Positions 47,548 to 60,885 of a stretch of 64,000 nt of DNA are shown in pieces. A program made the translations under genes and the position numbers. The DNA comes from Gracilinanus agilis. Its lineage: Eukaryota. Under the pieces are notes generated by a model. That model was not told the origin of the DNA and searched no databases. It saw only the letters and a program-made list of their open reading frames with translations. Position 1 is the first letter of the stretch. The number at the start of each line of letters is the position of its first letter. The stretch is taken from positions 402,421,542 to 402,485,541 of the forward strand of contig NC_058131.1 in assembly GCF_016433145.1 (NCBI RefSeq). The letters run 5' to 3'.

Positions 47548-50500
47548 CTAATATTTTGGTCTTTTGACCTCAACCCTACAATGGAAAAATAGTATCAATA
47601 ATCAATACACTTGTTCAAATCACCCCCCAACCAAATGAAAAGTCTCTCACCCGTCAGCCTCCATTTTCTTTCTTTTCTCAATAATCTGCAAGAAGAACGA
47701 AGATAACATGCATCTAAGGTCACATACATCTAAGCCTACCTTGAGAAAGGGAAGGAAGACAAGGACCCATGGAAGCTCTTAGACACCAGATGGGCTACCT
47801 CGATTCCCTCCCATGTATAGAGGATAACCCTGACATTTCCTTCCAAGCTCTCTCAACCCCAAGCCTAAGGGATGGAATATCTGGACCTCTGGTCCCATCT
47901 ACAACTTCCCACCTCCCTAGACTCACTGCACTGATCTTTTTCCACTGTCGGTCAAGCTCTGCCTTGTCATTTGTTTCTTTGAAGCGTCTGGTTTTCCGAC
48001 CTTCTGACATCTTAATGCCATACTGGAATGCAGCTCTAAAAGGTAGATGGAAAAAGTCAAGTGACAGTATAATGAGGTTTCATGGAGCCAGCAAGATTCA
48101 AAGGAAGGGTCCTAGGTGGGCTCAATTTGGCCAGCCTGGCCCCTCTTCTGTCCCCTTCCCTGCTCCTAGGATCAGGTTTGGTTTCAGTGCCAGACTCACT
48201 TGGGCAAAGCCTCTTTATTGTTCATATATTCACTATACTCTTCCTGGGTGTCAAAGTCCCATCGGCCCAGTGGTCCCTTCTTGTTCCCCTATAGCAAGAA
48301 AGAAAATCGTGGTCATCAGGAATCTTTCTAGTTTGCAGTAACAGGACCTGTGGGCCACATTCAACACTGTTTCAGGACAGAGCCTGGGAAATCCAAGTAG
48401 GATCTCTTGCTAGTTGTAGGCTTCTTTGGAGATAATGGAACTGCTGTCAAAAACAATCTATTACCAAGATAATCAGACATCTAAGCCCTCTCTGCTATCT
48501 TAAGAAGAAAGGCTAAAGCAATCCCATTTGCCACTCAATGAGCAGCTGTGTTTAAAAAATATAGTAAATCTTGAAACTTGGCTAAAATGATGAGCTATGA
48601 CAATTGTATCCTCCCTCCTACCTTGAACCTGAGTTCAAAGGAAAATATCATAAAATGAAAATATCTTTGTTTTCATTTTTGTTTCTGTACAAAACTATAT
48701 TCATTTGAGCTACTAATCCCACCACCATCCAAGCTACTGTTTGATTTTCTCAATGGAGCACTAAATAATGGTCATGGAAAATATAAGACATATACTTTCA
48801 ATCAAGTAACTTGTTCTTTTTCCTACATACGAAGACAGCCCCTCAGACCAGCCAAAACATAACCCCAGTTCTTAATATAAACCTTACAGAGATATATACC
48901 TGGTCCATTTTGCTATAATCCACCTCTTCATCACTATCCACAGCCATGTCATCCATTCTAAAAAGAGGCAAAAAAGAGTCAACTACCTTAATGAATCAAG
49001 TCTGCCTAGGAATCTGAGCAGGCCCTTTGCCCTTGGGCTAGTAAAACTTCTTACTTCTCCTACTCCTCACAGCTGACTCAATTGGCACAGGCAATCCTGA
49101 CATTTTTCTCCTGAGTGACAGATATTTCAGACTCACTTCACTGCCCAATTCCCTTATTTGTAGTTTCAATTTTCCAGCTATCCTACCCATACCCATCTTC
49201 CCAAAGTAAAGCCTCACTTACGTTGCTGGATAACATTCTGCATAACTGTTGGACATGCCAAAGAAATCGCCCAGCTGCTTCTTATCTTCTGGTTTCTTCA
49301 GTGTGTGCCATGTTAAAGTACAACAATAAGAAAGGGCAGCTAGATAGCACTGCAGATAAAATGCCAGGTCTGGAGTAGAGAGGACCTGTGTTCAAATTTG
49401 GTCTCAGACACTTCCTAGTAGTGTGATCCTGGGCAAGTCACTTGACTCCAAATGCCCATTCCTGGCTGCTCTGCCACCTTGGAACCAATACTTAGCATTT
49501 CGATTCTAAGACAGAAGATAAGGTGGCGGTGTTTTTTTTTTAACTACAATAATAAATGCCACAAAAAGTAGATTGTCCCATATATTGGTTGCCCACTGGA
49601 GAAGAACTTTTAAAAAGTCTGGTATATGAATATGATTCTGTGTAAAATGCTATGATTACTAGAAAGATGAGAATATGAACCGAGATACAGAATAAGCGGA
49701 AGCAAAAAAAATAATACACACACTAACTAAAGCAAAGTAAATGGAAAGAATAATAAAACAGTCATATGTTGATAAATTACAATGAACAAGTTTGGTTCCA
49801 AAGAAAAGATATGAATGCACCTCCTTTCTTTTTTTGCAAAGGTGGGGGACTCTTGAATGTGACTGGTGAGAGATGTGTTAGTGAAATTTGTTGAACCAGT
49901 TTCTATTTTTATTACTTGTTAATAGAAATGGCTGTCTTAAGGGGAAGAAGAAGAATACACTGAAACAAAGGGTGGACTCCAGAGAAAAGAAGGAAGAAAG
50001 AACAAGCCCACAGGATAAAGGCTATAGAGAGAGTATAAACCCAAAGAAAGAGTAGCTACTACCAATATGCCCTATAAAGAAAGGGCAACTCTAAGTTAAA
50101 CCTCTCTGTATAATAGAGAACTATAAGGTAAGATTTTGGAGGAATCAAAGATAGAAGGCAGCTAAAAAATTCTTTTAGAATTCATGACCCTATTTTGTAA
50201 AGGATATGATTCACCACCTTCCCAACCAGTAGAACCAGCAAATTTTTCATTGATGGACTTTATCAACTCCTTGGCAGATCCAGGACCTGAGTAAAAAAAA
50301 CATTGTCTTCTTAAGAGAGACTTGGGCCAGGATCCAACCCCACTCAAGCCCAGTTCTTAATAGGACTGAGGAGTTTGGGGGCCTCAGATCCCTCCATGAT
50401 CTCTCTAGCAATAATTCCTGTATCTAGCCACTACTGTGCAAATACCAGGGTTCCTATGTCAACATAACTAAATCAACAGAAAAATAAAACCCTACACCTG

Positions 50501-53500
50501 ATTACTTTGAGCACATCATGGAAACTGTCACCCAGAATCAGACAGCTCCATACATACCATCTCTAATCTGTGCAGTGTATCAGAATTTAAAGCCAGGTTA
50601 CAATAAAGGATAGAAGACAGGATGCAAGCTTCAGCCTCTTCAGAGTACTTCATGATACCTGCTTAACAACATGAATATAACTCACCTTTGTCAATGTCGA
50701 TGGGCTGAAAGGGGGAAAAAAGAGCATGGTCAGTGTCAAATATCAAAAATACCTATTTTTTAGTCTCAATCACATTTCACAAATCTACTGTCCTTTCTAG
50801 CCTCTTCTCCTCTTATCCACTCTTCCTAACCTCCACCATCTTTGTGTTTTTCCCCATTCTGTTAGAAGGCTAACGTGGAGATATTTTACTTTCCTCTATG
50901 GCCAAATTTTTTATCAAGTAGGGATGCCATTCCTCTTTATATAATATCACTATCCAGAATATTGTAAATGCTTCTGGAAAAAACTACTACTAATAGGTCT
51001 TTAACTATTAGCCTCATATCACACTTTTTCCAGTCATTGCTCTGATTCAAGGGCCTACTGCCTTTAATTCTCTCTCCTCTGCCTCTGAATTCCCATTATC
51101 CCCACTAAAGTTTGCAGAAATAAGATGGAAACGGGAAAAATGTTACTAACACAGAATTTCCATATTATATTCCAGGAAGGTTCAGTTGCCACAGAAATTA
51201 TATTAGATCCCTCCAAAAAACTTTATAGGAATTTCTGTCCTGAGAATTTTAAGTATTTAAAGTCAGTCTCAGTAATTAGTCTATCTTCCTGAATGTGTTA
51301 AAGACTCTGGAACCCATATTATGACTCACCTCATCATCCACTTTGGGTTTCTCAAAATAGCTGTGTCGCTTCTTTTCCTCTTCCCTTTCCCTATCCCGCT
51401 CTCTTTCCCGATCCCGTTCCCGATCCCGCTCTCTTTCTCTCTCCCGTTCTCGGTCCCGGTCCCGATCTCGCTCCCTTTCACGATATCGTTCTCGTTCTTT
51501 TTCCCTTGAAACCTTAGTTGTTGATGGTACATAATCTCCAATGTCTTCAAAAATGCTAGAAAGGCAGAGACCCAGAAGTCAGTAGCAACCCAAATATGTG
51601 GACCCTACTATGTTGTTGGATTCCTAGACTAGGCTTCCCACAATCTTCCGGAATATCTGGTCTCTCACAAAGTTTCCTTCCTATTATGAACACTTACATT
51701 AAAAACTAATATACATACTTCATATCAGCCTCTGGAGGTTTCTTCTCATCCAGCTTTCCTATAAAGAAAGAATAGGAATAAAGATAACAAGGTAGAGCCA
51801 CTTCATTCCCAGTGTCACCATCAATTTTCTTCTCTTAATATTACTTAAAATAATCCACTAAGAAGCACATTCCTCACTCTCAGAAAAGAACTGATGGAAT
51901 GAGGCACATATGCAAGGGCCAATGTGTAAATTTGTTTTGCTTGACTGTACCTATTAGTTAAAAGTAAGGATCCTAAATGTAAGAAAAAGATCCTATTATT
52001 TGGTGGCAAGTTATTTATACTAGACAGTAATGTTTAAAAAAAACAATAAAATATTTAAGCGTAAAAACCAAAAGAAATTAAAGGTCAGGACAAAACTTTG
52101 CCAGTCACTGAAGGCTCCAAAAGAACAGCAGCCAGCAAACAATCCAGAGGTAGAAAGTAGGAAGCTAGAAGACTATTATGGAGTCACAAAGGCTGAGAGA
52201 AAACAATAATAAAAGGGTGAAAAAATTATTTATAAAAAGTGGCAGAGGAGATAGTTACGGTCTAGTATAAAAGAGTGCCAAGAATTCAAAGAGAATAAGA
52301 AGTGGAAAGTCTCTGGATTTAGCAGTTGAGTTCATGAGGAAAGGGCAAATAGGTGGCTCAGTGAATTGTGAGCCAGATGAGACAAAGAGGCCTCAGATAC
52401 TTCCTAGTTGTGTTACCCTGGCCTAAGATGGAAAGTAAGAATTTTTATTTAAAAAAAAAAAAAATGGTTCACAAGGGGCAGTAAGGTGACTCAATGGTCA
52501 GGGCACCAGGCATGGAAACAGAAGATCATAGGTTAAAATAGACAATTCCTAGCTACATGACCCTGGGCAAGTCACTTAACCCCAATTGCCTAGCCCATAC
52601 TGTTCTTCTCCCATGGAACCGATATTTAGTATCAATTGTGAGACAAACAGTAAGAGTTTTTATTTAAACAAATAAATAAATAAATGAAAGAGTTCATGGG
52701 TGCCCTTTGGAAGCACAATTTCAGCTAAGTAGTGACAACAGAGGCTAGATTTCAAGAAGCTGAGGAATGGGTAGTGAGAAGGAAGGGATACCTGGTATAA
52801 AATATAACAAAAACACTATAATTAGTAAGAAAATATTTTGTCATAATCACAACAGAAAAAATACTTCTACCTCTCTATTTTGGTATGTTGTACTAAACAA
52901 TGCAGAAACTGAGAGTTAGCATACTGTAAATATCTATACAAAAATATCTATCCCCTGTAGCAGTGATGGGCAAACTTTTTAAAAAGGGGGCCAAAGGAAA
53001 GGAAATGCTCATCTGTCAGTCTGTTTCTAAGGCAACTCTTTCAAAGTTTCATTGTATTGTATCCTACTCATTGTATTCATCAGATTAGGAATAATGTCAT
53101 GGGGCTGGATAGAACATTTCCGGGGACTGTATCTGGCCCTCAGCCCGAAGTTTGCCCATCACTGCCCTCTAGTATCTAGCATGGGCTCTTCTGTATATAG
53201 TAGATGCCTCATAAACACTTTTTGATCAGGGATGCAGGAACAGAGAGGGTATAAAGGAAGAACTAACAACATTGTTCTCAATATGCCCCATCCCATTTCA
53301 CTACCTCTCAAATTGGTAAGAGAGAAATAAATGTTCCAGTTTTATGCCAGTCCTAACTGTGACAATGGTCCTCCTATTCCACAATTCTCAAGGCTCTCCC
53401 TCACTTCTTATATCTCTCCCAAAGCAAAAGGGACAAAAAAGCCCTTGAACAAATATCGCTAAATAAATGTCACCACAAGACTCAGTCCCCAAGGAAGATG

Positions 53501-56500
53501 AAAGTCTTTCCCCAAAATCTTCCAGGCACCTTTGTCCTTTTTCTTCAGTTTCTTGTTCCGGGTGCCTTGCCGCAAGTAGGAGAGGATCTGTGTCAATTTG
53601 CTAATGACAATATCATTTGTGGTTAGGGTTGTCTGGGCCTGAAAATTCCAAGAAGAAAATAAATCAATCAATTGAGAAAAGACTATTTCTAGGAGGAAAA
53701 CATCCCTCTCACCTTTCATAAAAAGGCCAGTCCTAGGGAATATTTGGGCAAGTACCTCCATGGTAGGACAATCAGCTTTGCTTCGGATAAGCGTAGTGGG
53801 GATGTCTGTGTCTGCATATTCATCATCCAGATCTACTACATATGCCATTCGGCCTGGAAGAAACAGCTCATTTCGTTCATAAGCTTTGTTCTTGAAGAGC
53901 ATACGGTAAACATTGCGGCCTAAGAGAGGAGGATAATCAATGAGTGCCTACTGTGAGCCTGACACTGTCACATGACAGCCTTAATTTTCAAAGGGTTTAT
54001 ACTCTTGAGGAGACAAGCTTAATAAAAATAGCAAAGAAATAGGAAAAAAATGGTAAAATGTAGAGCACTGACTGTCAGTGTTACAGAGAGTCATAAAGGG
54101 GAAAAATCAGTGCTCTAATGGGTGGTCAGATCTTTAAAAAAGGAGATAGACAAGATTTGAGCTGGACCAAGAAGAATGAATAGAATTTAGACAGATAAAA
54201 AAGAGAAGGATATTCTATTTGGAGTGGAGAAAACACAAACAATACCACAAGAGGCAAGAAAAAGTAAGGCTGGAGACTAAGAGACTGATTATCTCTTAGG
54301 AAGTAGCAGAAAGTAAAATTAGATAGCTAACTAAAGATTAACAAATTAAATACAACAAAGGATTTAGTGTAGAATACAGACAGGTTCCTACAGCCACTGA
54401 TTTCTCCATTCATCTTCTCTAATAATCTGACATTTCCCATGATTGAAACAGTGGGAATTTAAAAGGATAAGACAACTTTAATAGAAAAATTTATGCAAGA
54501 GTCAATCCCAAGGACCTTAAATTTTTTTCCTTCAAATAGGAATTTTTCTCCACTAAGCTCCATTAGAAGTGTCTAAGCCATAAAACTTGCCATGAAAGCA
54601 AAAGGCATAGATTCTCATGTGAGTAATGATCTGTCTTAACTATAACATAATTAGGACATTCTGCCATATATTAAGTGCTTTAAAAGGACTTAAAAGTCAG
54701 ATTGGTGATGTTTTTGCTCTACAGTGAGTTTTTCAAGCAAGTTTTCATAGCTCTGGCAGAAAGCTGATAAAAGATACCAGAGGTATCATAAATTTTTTAA
54801 TTTGCACTATCCTATGCAAATCTCAATCTACCTTTGTCTAGGTTTACAGAATATGTAACATCTCTCATTATATGCCTTACAAAATGTGAATTAAAGTCAT
54901 GTAAAATTACTTTTAGGAAAGTGAAATTTAAATGTCTATTTTTTTATTCATAAAGACACAGAGTTGATGTTAGATTAAGCCTCAAACTGGCATTCAATGT
55001 TTAGTGTCCAGGGCACAAGTTAGAAATATTGTAGTCTAGGAGGAGGAAAGAGAAACAACAAATATGTGGAATTTTAAAAAATTCTGCCATAATTGCACAA
55101 TTCTGCTGCATTTTTACTTGATGATGTTTCAGTTTCTTTTAAGATCTATTCTCATCGAAAACAAAAAGTATATAGGCATTAAAACAAGATTTCTGCTCTT
55201 ACCCAAACGAGTTTTAAACTCAATCTTATTCTCAGGATCTTCATCTTTCCTGAAGAAACAAGAAATAAGCTTTTAGTCGATTCTGTTGTCAATCCAAGTC
55301 CTGTTACTCTGCCTCTAAAATCTTCCCCAATTATGTACTCACTTTGTTTCCTTCTGAGGTTTTTCCATCATCTCCTCTTCTTCTTTCTCTTTGCTGGCAA
55401 TCTCAGCTCGAACCTAAAAGAAGGAACCAGAGGCCTGTTTGAGACAGTTTTGACTATATCCTAAAATTCTACCTTTAATAGAGAAAATACCAGAAAAGCC
55501 AGAAATTGGTTTCTTTCAATTCACCAAAGTTGTCCTGCCCTGAGGACTGAAGACTATTCAGTATTCCAAGAATATCCCTAACTCACAAGCAAAACAAAAA
55601 TATCTCACCTTCTGAAGAAGGGCAAAATCTAAGCCTTTCACCAAATGAGTATGTTCCATGTCACCACCCAAGAACTTGGACTCTTGAATCAGCTGTCGCC
55701 GCTTCTCTGCTGCAGATTTGTCACTTTGCAACAAAGGAGACCATTATCAGTTCTACCCAGTATTACTGACAGGGGTTGTTCTAGTGGCTTGGCTTAGATG
55801 GGTAGGGGGCTAGAAGTTCAATGTTACAATATACAATACAATAAAGACCAGAGGAGTTAAACGACTTGCTCAAAATTATGCAACCCAACCAAGAATGCTG
55901 ACAAAATTAAGTCTTAAATGAACATAGGCCAAAGTGTACTCACGCCTCAGCAGTAGGTCCCACAGCCCTGTAGTTAGCAGTGGTACTAATCAATTCTGTT
56001 TCTTCATAATCCTTGTTTACACCATCCCTCCGCTCTTTGGCACGGTCTCGATACTTTTCAGCCAGCTCCCTTTCACGCTCAATTTCTTGTTGCCGGAGTT
56101 TGGCATAGTAACTATGAATAAGAAGACAGCATGTAAGGAATTCAAATATATGTATAATAAATCCATTCCTGGATAGTACTTGGAACCCTGTTCTCTAAAT
56201 TTTTGCCCTCAATGCTCATCCAAATACCTCTGGTCAAAGAACGCACTCCCTGATTCCCAGTTACTTATGTTACCACCTTATCACATGTGATAATGAGATT
56301 AAATCTATCCTGCCCATTCTCAAATCTAATCGCCAAAAGTTTAAACAACTCCACTTAACTCACAAGTTGGGAGGTCTGTGACCCACATGTGCTAGAGTGA
56401 GTGACAAATCAAAATTTACTGACTGCCTCCTGGGCAGTCCTAAAAAAATCGTCTGTTGTGATTGGATACATTAACTAGGAGGAAGGCACAGGAAATGACA

Positions 56501-58844
56501 CAGAAGAAGCCCCTTTAAAAGAGAGTTCAGTGAATTCAGCTGCTCTCTTCTTGTTCAATGCTTGGACATGGAGGAGCTCTGGTGCTGGGACCCTGAGACT
56601 TTGGTGAGACTGTTCTTAAATCTTTCCTTTGGAATTCCATTTGGTGAGGGTAAAGACTGAATCTTCCTGAACTTCTCTTAAGGAACTTCCCTTTCAAAAG
56701 AGACTATGGCTGAAGCTTTTGCTTCATTCACCTCCAGAGCCTCTGAGTTTCCAGCCTTGGGCTCAAGGCTGAAATTCCCTTGGCTGAGGGTTAATTAGAT
56801 CTGCCTGGGTAAAACTAGGGGATTGGAGCAAATTAACTAGTGTGTTAGATTACTTATCTTCTCCTCTCTCTCATTTCCTTATTTCCTTTTCCTCTCCACA
56901 TTTGTAAATAAACTTTCATAAAGGTCAATTGACTTGAGGTTATTCTTTAATTGGGGAATGATAATTATTCAATTCTCTGACAACCAAACCTTTTAATATT
57001 CACCCAATCAAAACCCCTTTTTACCCCTTACACACAGTGGTTCCCTTTCTCTGAACAATGAAGTTTCTGATATAGTTACAATGGAAGATGATACCTAATG
57101 CTCTCTCAGTCACTGATGAGCCCCTTCCTGATTAGTCACCTCCAAATTACTGAGACTCTATTAGCACTAAGTCATTTCCTTACACAGCTCCACAAGATTA
57201 ATATGGGTTTCCAACTCATAATTCTTTTTTACCTATCCCAAAACAAAGAAATCAAAATACCAGACCGAGAGAGAACTTATGTGATTTCTAAGTGAAAAAG
57301 TTCCCTTTGAGCACAAATCTCCCCTAACAAGGAAAAAAACTGGAGAGTTTCTAAGAAAAATAAATTTTAGTTACTTAAGAACTATGTTCTAACACAGCTA
57401 ACTCTTATGACCAAACTTGATCCCACTCAGTAAAGACAGTATCCACTTTTAAGATCTAACCTCCCCTTCCTTTTCTCTTACCTTTTCTTCTTCCTCCTTC
57501 GTGCTGCTGGATCTTCATCCTCATTGTATTCCCTTGGCATCCTAAAAGTAGAAAATCCAAACATATAATTGGCTAGCGTAGCCTCACAAATCCCAAGAGG
57601 CAACTTCAAAAAAAAAATTGATGACAAACAAGAAATCCCAAAGGAATGTATGCAGAAGAATAGATTGACTCCCAACTCAACCAGGGCCTCAACAAAATGG
57701 TCCTTCCTACTCTTTACTTTTCTAAATATTTTCTATAAGAAAATATGCAATAGGAATAAAGAAACAATTGGGAAATGACTTGGAAGAATACATCAGCTTA
57801 CTCATGATGTCGAGATTTGGATGGTGGTGCAGATGTGGGAGCAGCTCTAGGAGTCATAAGAAGCTTCCTGAAGTCTTCATTGGTGAGTTTGGACCTAGTG
57901 AAACAAGACGTAAGATTATAAAATATGGAGACAAAATGAGCATTTCTTCAGTCTGTTTTCTTTCTGGTGCCTCTTTTTCTCCACAGGTAGTTATTACTTC
58001 TCTATACAATTAGTTATGTTGTGTAGAGTAAACAAATAGGAACATTCATTATTTGAAGTACCCTTGATTCCAGACAATACTCCCATTGCCATAGAATCCA
58101 AACTCTCCACATTTTAGTTTATTAAATAAAAATCTTCCTATGGCTGAAGAAATTCATCACCTGGCAAACTGTCTTCTATTAAATAATGAACCTTTCCAAA
58201 TTATAAGGAACTAGAGGGATCATCTAGTTATCCCTCCTCAAAGAGATAATGAATAGCAAAGCCCAGATTACAGATAGAAGTCTTGACTCCAAATTCTTCC
58301 CACTACAGCAGGTACTGTCTTCCCAGCTAAGCTGCTGCCCAGAAGCCATAAAGGATGTCACTACTGAATGCCCCACATATGAAACTGTAGCAGGACCTTC
58401 TTAAGCTGGCATTGTCTTTAAGAGCTGAAAGTCACTTCTACGAGCGAGTAATTTGAGGTGCACCTTAAAGCACAAGATCAAAATTTCACAGTCCCAACCT
58501 ACCAAAGAAGCCCCCTCTGTTCTTTGCGCTAAATGCCAGTACACTTACTGGTGGAAGGAGTGAGGATCGTCCACATCATGGCCATCGGGGGCTAGAGGGT
58601 TGGAGAATGGTTCACCTAAAAAAAACAAAAGACTGAACTCCCCTGCTCTCCTCGGGGCGCGTTTGCTGGACCCCGGGAAATCCAGCTCGGAGCTGTGACA
58701 AGGGCCCTCCCCAATCCCCCGCCCAGTCTGGTCCTAAGAGCCCCAAGACAGTCGCACCGAAGGCCTTTAATGCCGAGGACTGACCCGAGGGAGAGGTTCA
58801 GGGGGAAGGAACAGAGCGTGGCACTTACTATCCCGTTCCGGCAT
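47548..58844 (-). CDS. IK: IK / Protein RED (spliceosomal B-complex factor), 557 aa, 20 exons: 58829-58844, 58549-58615, 57802-57894, 57482-57541, 55944-56111, 55609-55723, 55343-55413, 55203-55249, 53756-53919, 53530-53638, 51719-51758, 51330-51555, 50686-50704, 50208-50286, 49222-49302, 48900-48957, 48200-48288, 47927-48035, 47651-47685, 47548-47575
   Basis: MPERD..EPFSNPLAPDGHDVDDPHSFHQSKLTNEDFRKLLMTPR ... RE/RD dipeptide repeat in exon 12 ... KKMEADGVEVKRPKY*. Exon lengths sum to 1674 nt; 18 GT-AG introns and one AT-AC intron. Confidence 0.97.
49303..50207 (-). other. IK: U12-type (minor spliceosome) AT-AC intron, IK intron 14
   Basis: 5' end ATATCCTTTAC; 3' end TACTTTAAC-atggcac-AC; splicing here restores ...GWEGGES|LKKPEDKKQLGDFF... 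Confidence 0.9.
52961..53164. mobile_element. hAT-type MITE (second TIR family) in IK intron 10
   Basis: Perfect 16-bp TIRs CAGTGATGGGCAAACT / AGTTTGCCCATCACTG; 8-bp TSD ccctgtag / ccctctag. Confidence 0.9.
56286..57032 (+). mobile_element. Solo LTR of an endogenous retrovirus in IK intron 4, antisense to IK
   Basis: TG...CA ends, 4-bp TSD caca (56282-56285, 57033-57036), gattgg box, AT-rich TATA-like element, AATAAA at 56907-56912. Confidence 0.75.
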
Positions 58845-59322
58845 CGTGACTCCGGCTTCGGCACCCAAAAAAAACAAAAACAAACGGCACCTCTGGAGGC
58901 CCAGGTCCGGAAGCTAGTTACTTACAGGATACACGAGCCGTAACCCACAATGCTCTGCGACAAGGTCTGCTTCCGCCTCAAATTGGCCCCACCTTCCTCA
59001 CGAGTAATTACCATGGCTACTCCGCTCACGTAGACGGGAACGATTCCAGAGGAAATGAGCAAAAAGTGGGCGGAGAGTAAACCGTCGGACCTCTCAGTAG
59101 CTCTGATGTAATTGGCGGAATTCCACGTCGCCTTTCCCTCTCCCCTCCCCTTTCCCCGCATCTAGCCAGTTCTAAGGGACTACTGATACGATTCGCCGAG
59201 GAGGGCAGAGCAGCACCAAGCTGATTGATGAGGTGGATCATGCCTCCCTCTGATTGGCCGTACAAGCGGCTTTACTTCCGAAGACTGCTGAAATAGAAGT
59301 CATTCCCAGATCTCTGGAAAAG
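58845..59322. promoter_or_regulatory. Bidirectional CpG-island promoter shared by IK and NDUFA2
   Basis: Head-to-head ATGs 478 bp apart; CpG-rich; CTTCCG ETS motifs, CTGATTGG (CCAAT) near 59250, AAGATGGCGGC (YY1) over the NDUFA2 ATG. Confidence 0.8.
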
Positions 59323-60492
59323 ATGGCGGCTGCCGCAGTTCGTGGAATCGCCTCCAAGGTGGGCAAGAATCTGAGGGAGATCCGCATCCACTTGTGCCAA
59401 CGCTCGGCCGGCAGCCAAGGAGTGAGGTGTGGTTGGACTGGAGGGGAAGGTGGGCGGAGGTCGGAAGGTCACGACCTTGCAGGGGGTCACCCCGCAGTGC
59501 GGGGAAGCCCGCGGAGGAGGCAGGGCGGAGAAGCCCGCGGAGGAGGCAGGGCGGAGAAAGGGAATGCGGCCTCTCGCTGACCCCTATTGCGCCCGAACTA
59601 ATTATTCAGCCTCTCTGATCCTCAGTGTTCTCACCTGTAAAACGGGAATGATGACTGAGGCTTCTAACATCTTTTTAAGTATGTTTTGATGCTCCCCTAA
59701 CCTTAATGCGGAATGTAAAGGCGAACTACTACTTCTTTCTACTCCGTCCTTTAGGGACTTCATTGAGAAACACTACGTGGAACTGAAGAAGGCGAACCCC
59801 GACTTCCCCATCCTGATCCGTGAGTGCTCCGAGGTGCAGCCTAAACTGTGGGTCCGCTATGGTGAGCTGGGGCACGGGACTCCCTTGGGATGGTGGGGAG
59901 CAACCTAGCCCATGGCTTAGAGGGCTTCTGGCCTAGGACACTACTTAATGCAGCCCCCACTATAGCTGTGAAGGGTTTTTCTAATAGGGGAGAACTATAG
60001 ATATAATCGTATGGAAAGGTCTAAAAGGCAGAAAAGGAATCCCAGGGTTAAGAGCTAGGCCAAACTCCTTAACTTGGACCTACTAGTGCAATAGAGGAGA
60101 TGGATGCAATGACAGGGTGTCCAGACCCTTTGCCTCATCTTTCTTATTCCTCCCATATTTGGTCTCAAGTGCTAGTTTATCACCAAAGCTACCAAGAATT
60201 TCTTAAACTGATACCATCAGTTAAAAATAAGAAAGCCCCGAGGTAAGTTTTTAAGACCTTTCCCCCCCCCAAATCCCATAATCACTACAGCCTGTAATGA
60301 TTTATCCTTTTTCTGAATGTCAGTAAGTCATTTAGTACTTAATATAGGCCATCTGGATCAGTGTACATGCATAGATGTTTCCTAAATATTTTATCCTCAG
60401 CTTTTGGCCAGGAGAAGAATATTTCATTGAACAACCTCAGTAGTGAACAAGTGGCCACAGCCATAGCCAATGTGATGAATGGCAAAGCCTGA
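59323..60492 (+). CDS. NDUFA2: NADH:ubiquinone oxidoreductase subunit A2, 100 aa. Exons 59323-59426, 59755-59861, 60401-60492
   Basis: [100 protein letters not shown]; GT-AG; 303 nt. Confidence 0.96.
59504..59555. repeat. Perfect 26-bp tandem duplication in NDUFA2 intron 1
   Basis: gaagcccgcggaggaggcagggcgga x2. Confidence 0.9.
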
Positions 60493-60689
60493 AGTTTCAA
60501 GAGAATCCTTAAGAAGAGCTTCCTCAAAGCTTGGGCTCTGATGAACTGAGAATGAAATAACCACATATTTTAAAATTATCCTTTCATGTAAACTTTGTAT
60601 TGTATTGAACTGTGATTTTCCTGAATGTTCCCTCTACCCTCCTTCCCCCAAACACACACATTTTACCACCAACATTGTGACCGAGGAAA

Positions 60690-60695
60690 TTTAAT
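60690..60695 (-). terminator. Possible TMCO6 poly(A) signal ATTAAA
   Basis: TTTAAT on + strand about 190 nt past the TMCO6 stop. Confidence 0.4.
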
Positions 60696-60885
60696 GTAAT
60701 ACAACTTTTCGTTTCTAAGGGATGCTGTGATATATGAAAGAGGGAAAAGGAAGAAGGGAGGGAGGGGGGACAGGAAATGGGACAGGACTCTGAGCAGCCA
60801 GGACCTGATGCCCATTTAGTCATTCTTGAAGGGAAACTTAAGGACGATTAACTTCTGAACCAAAGTGGGACAGGCAAGGGAGAGG

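Noticed and set aside
47769-48341. 190-aa + strand ORF
   Set aside because: Antisense to IK exons 17-18, with no independent homology.
51321-51550. FPIP-like and GIGNG-like repetitive ORFs
   Set aside because: Alternative frames of the IK RE/RD repeat exon.
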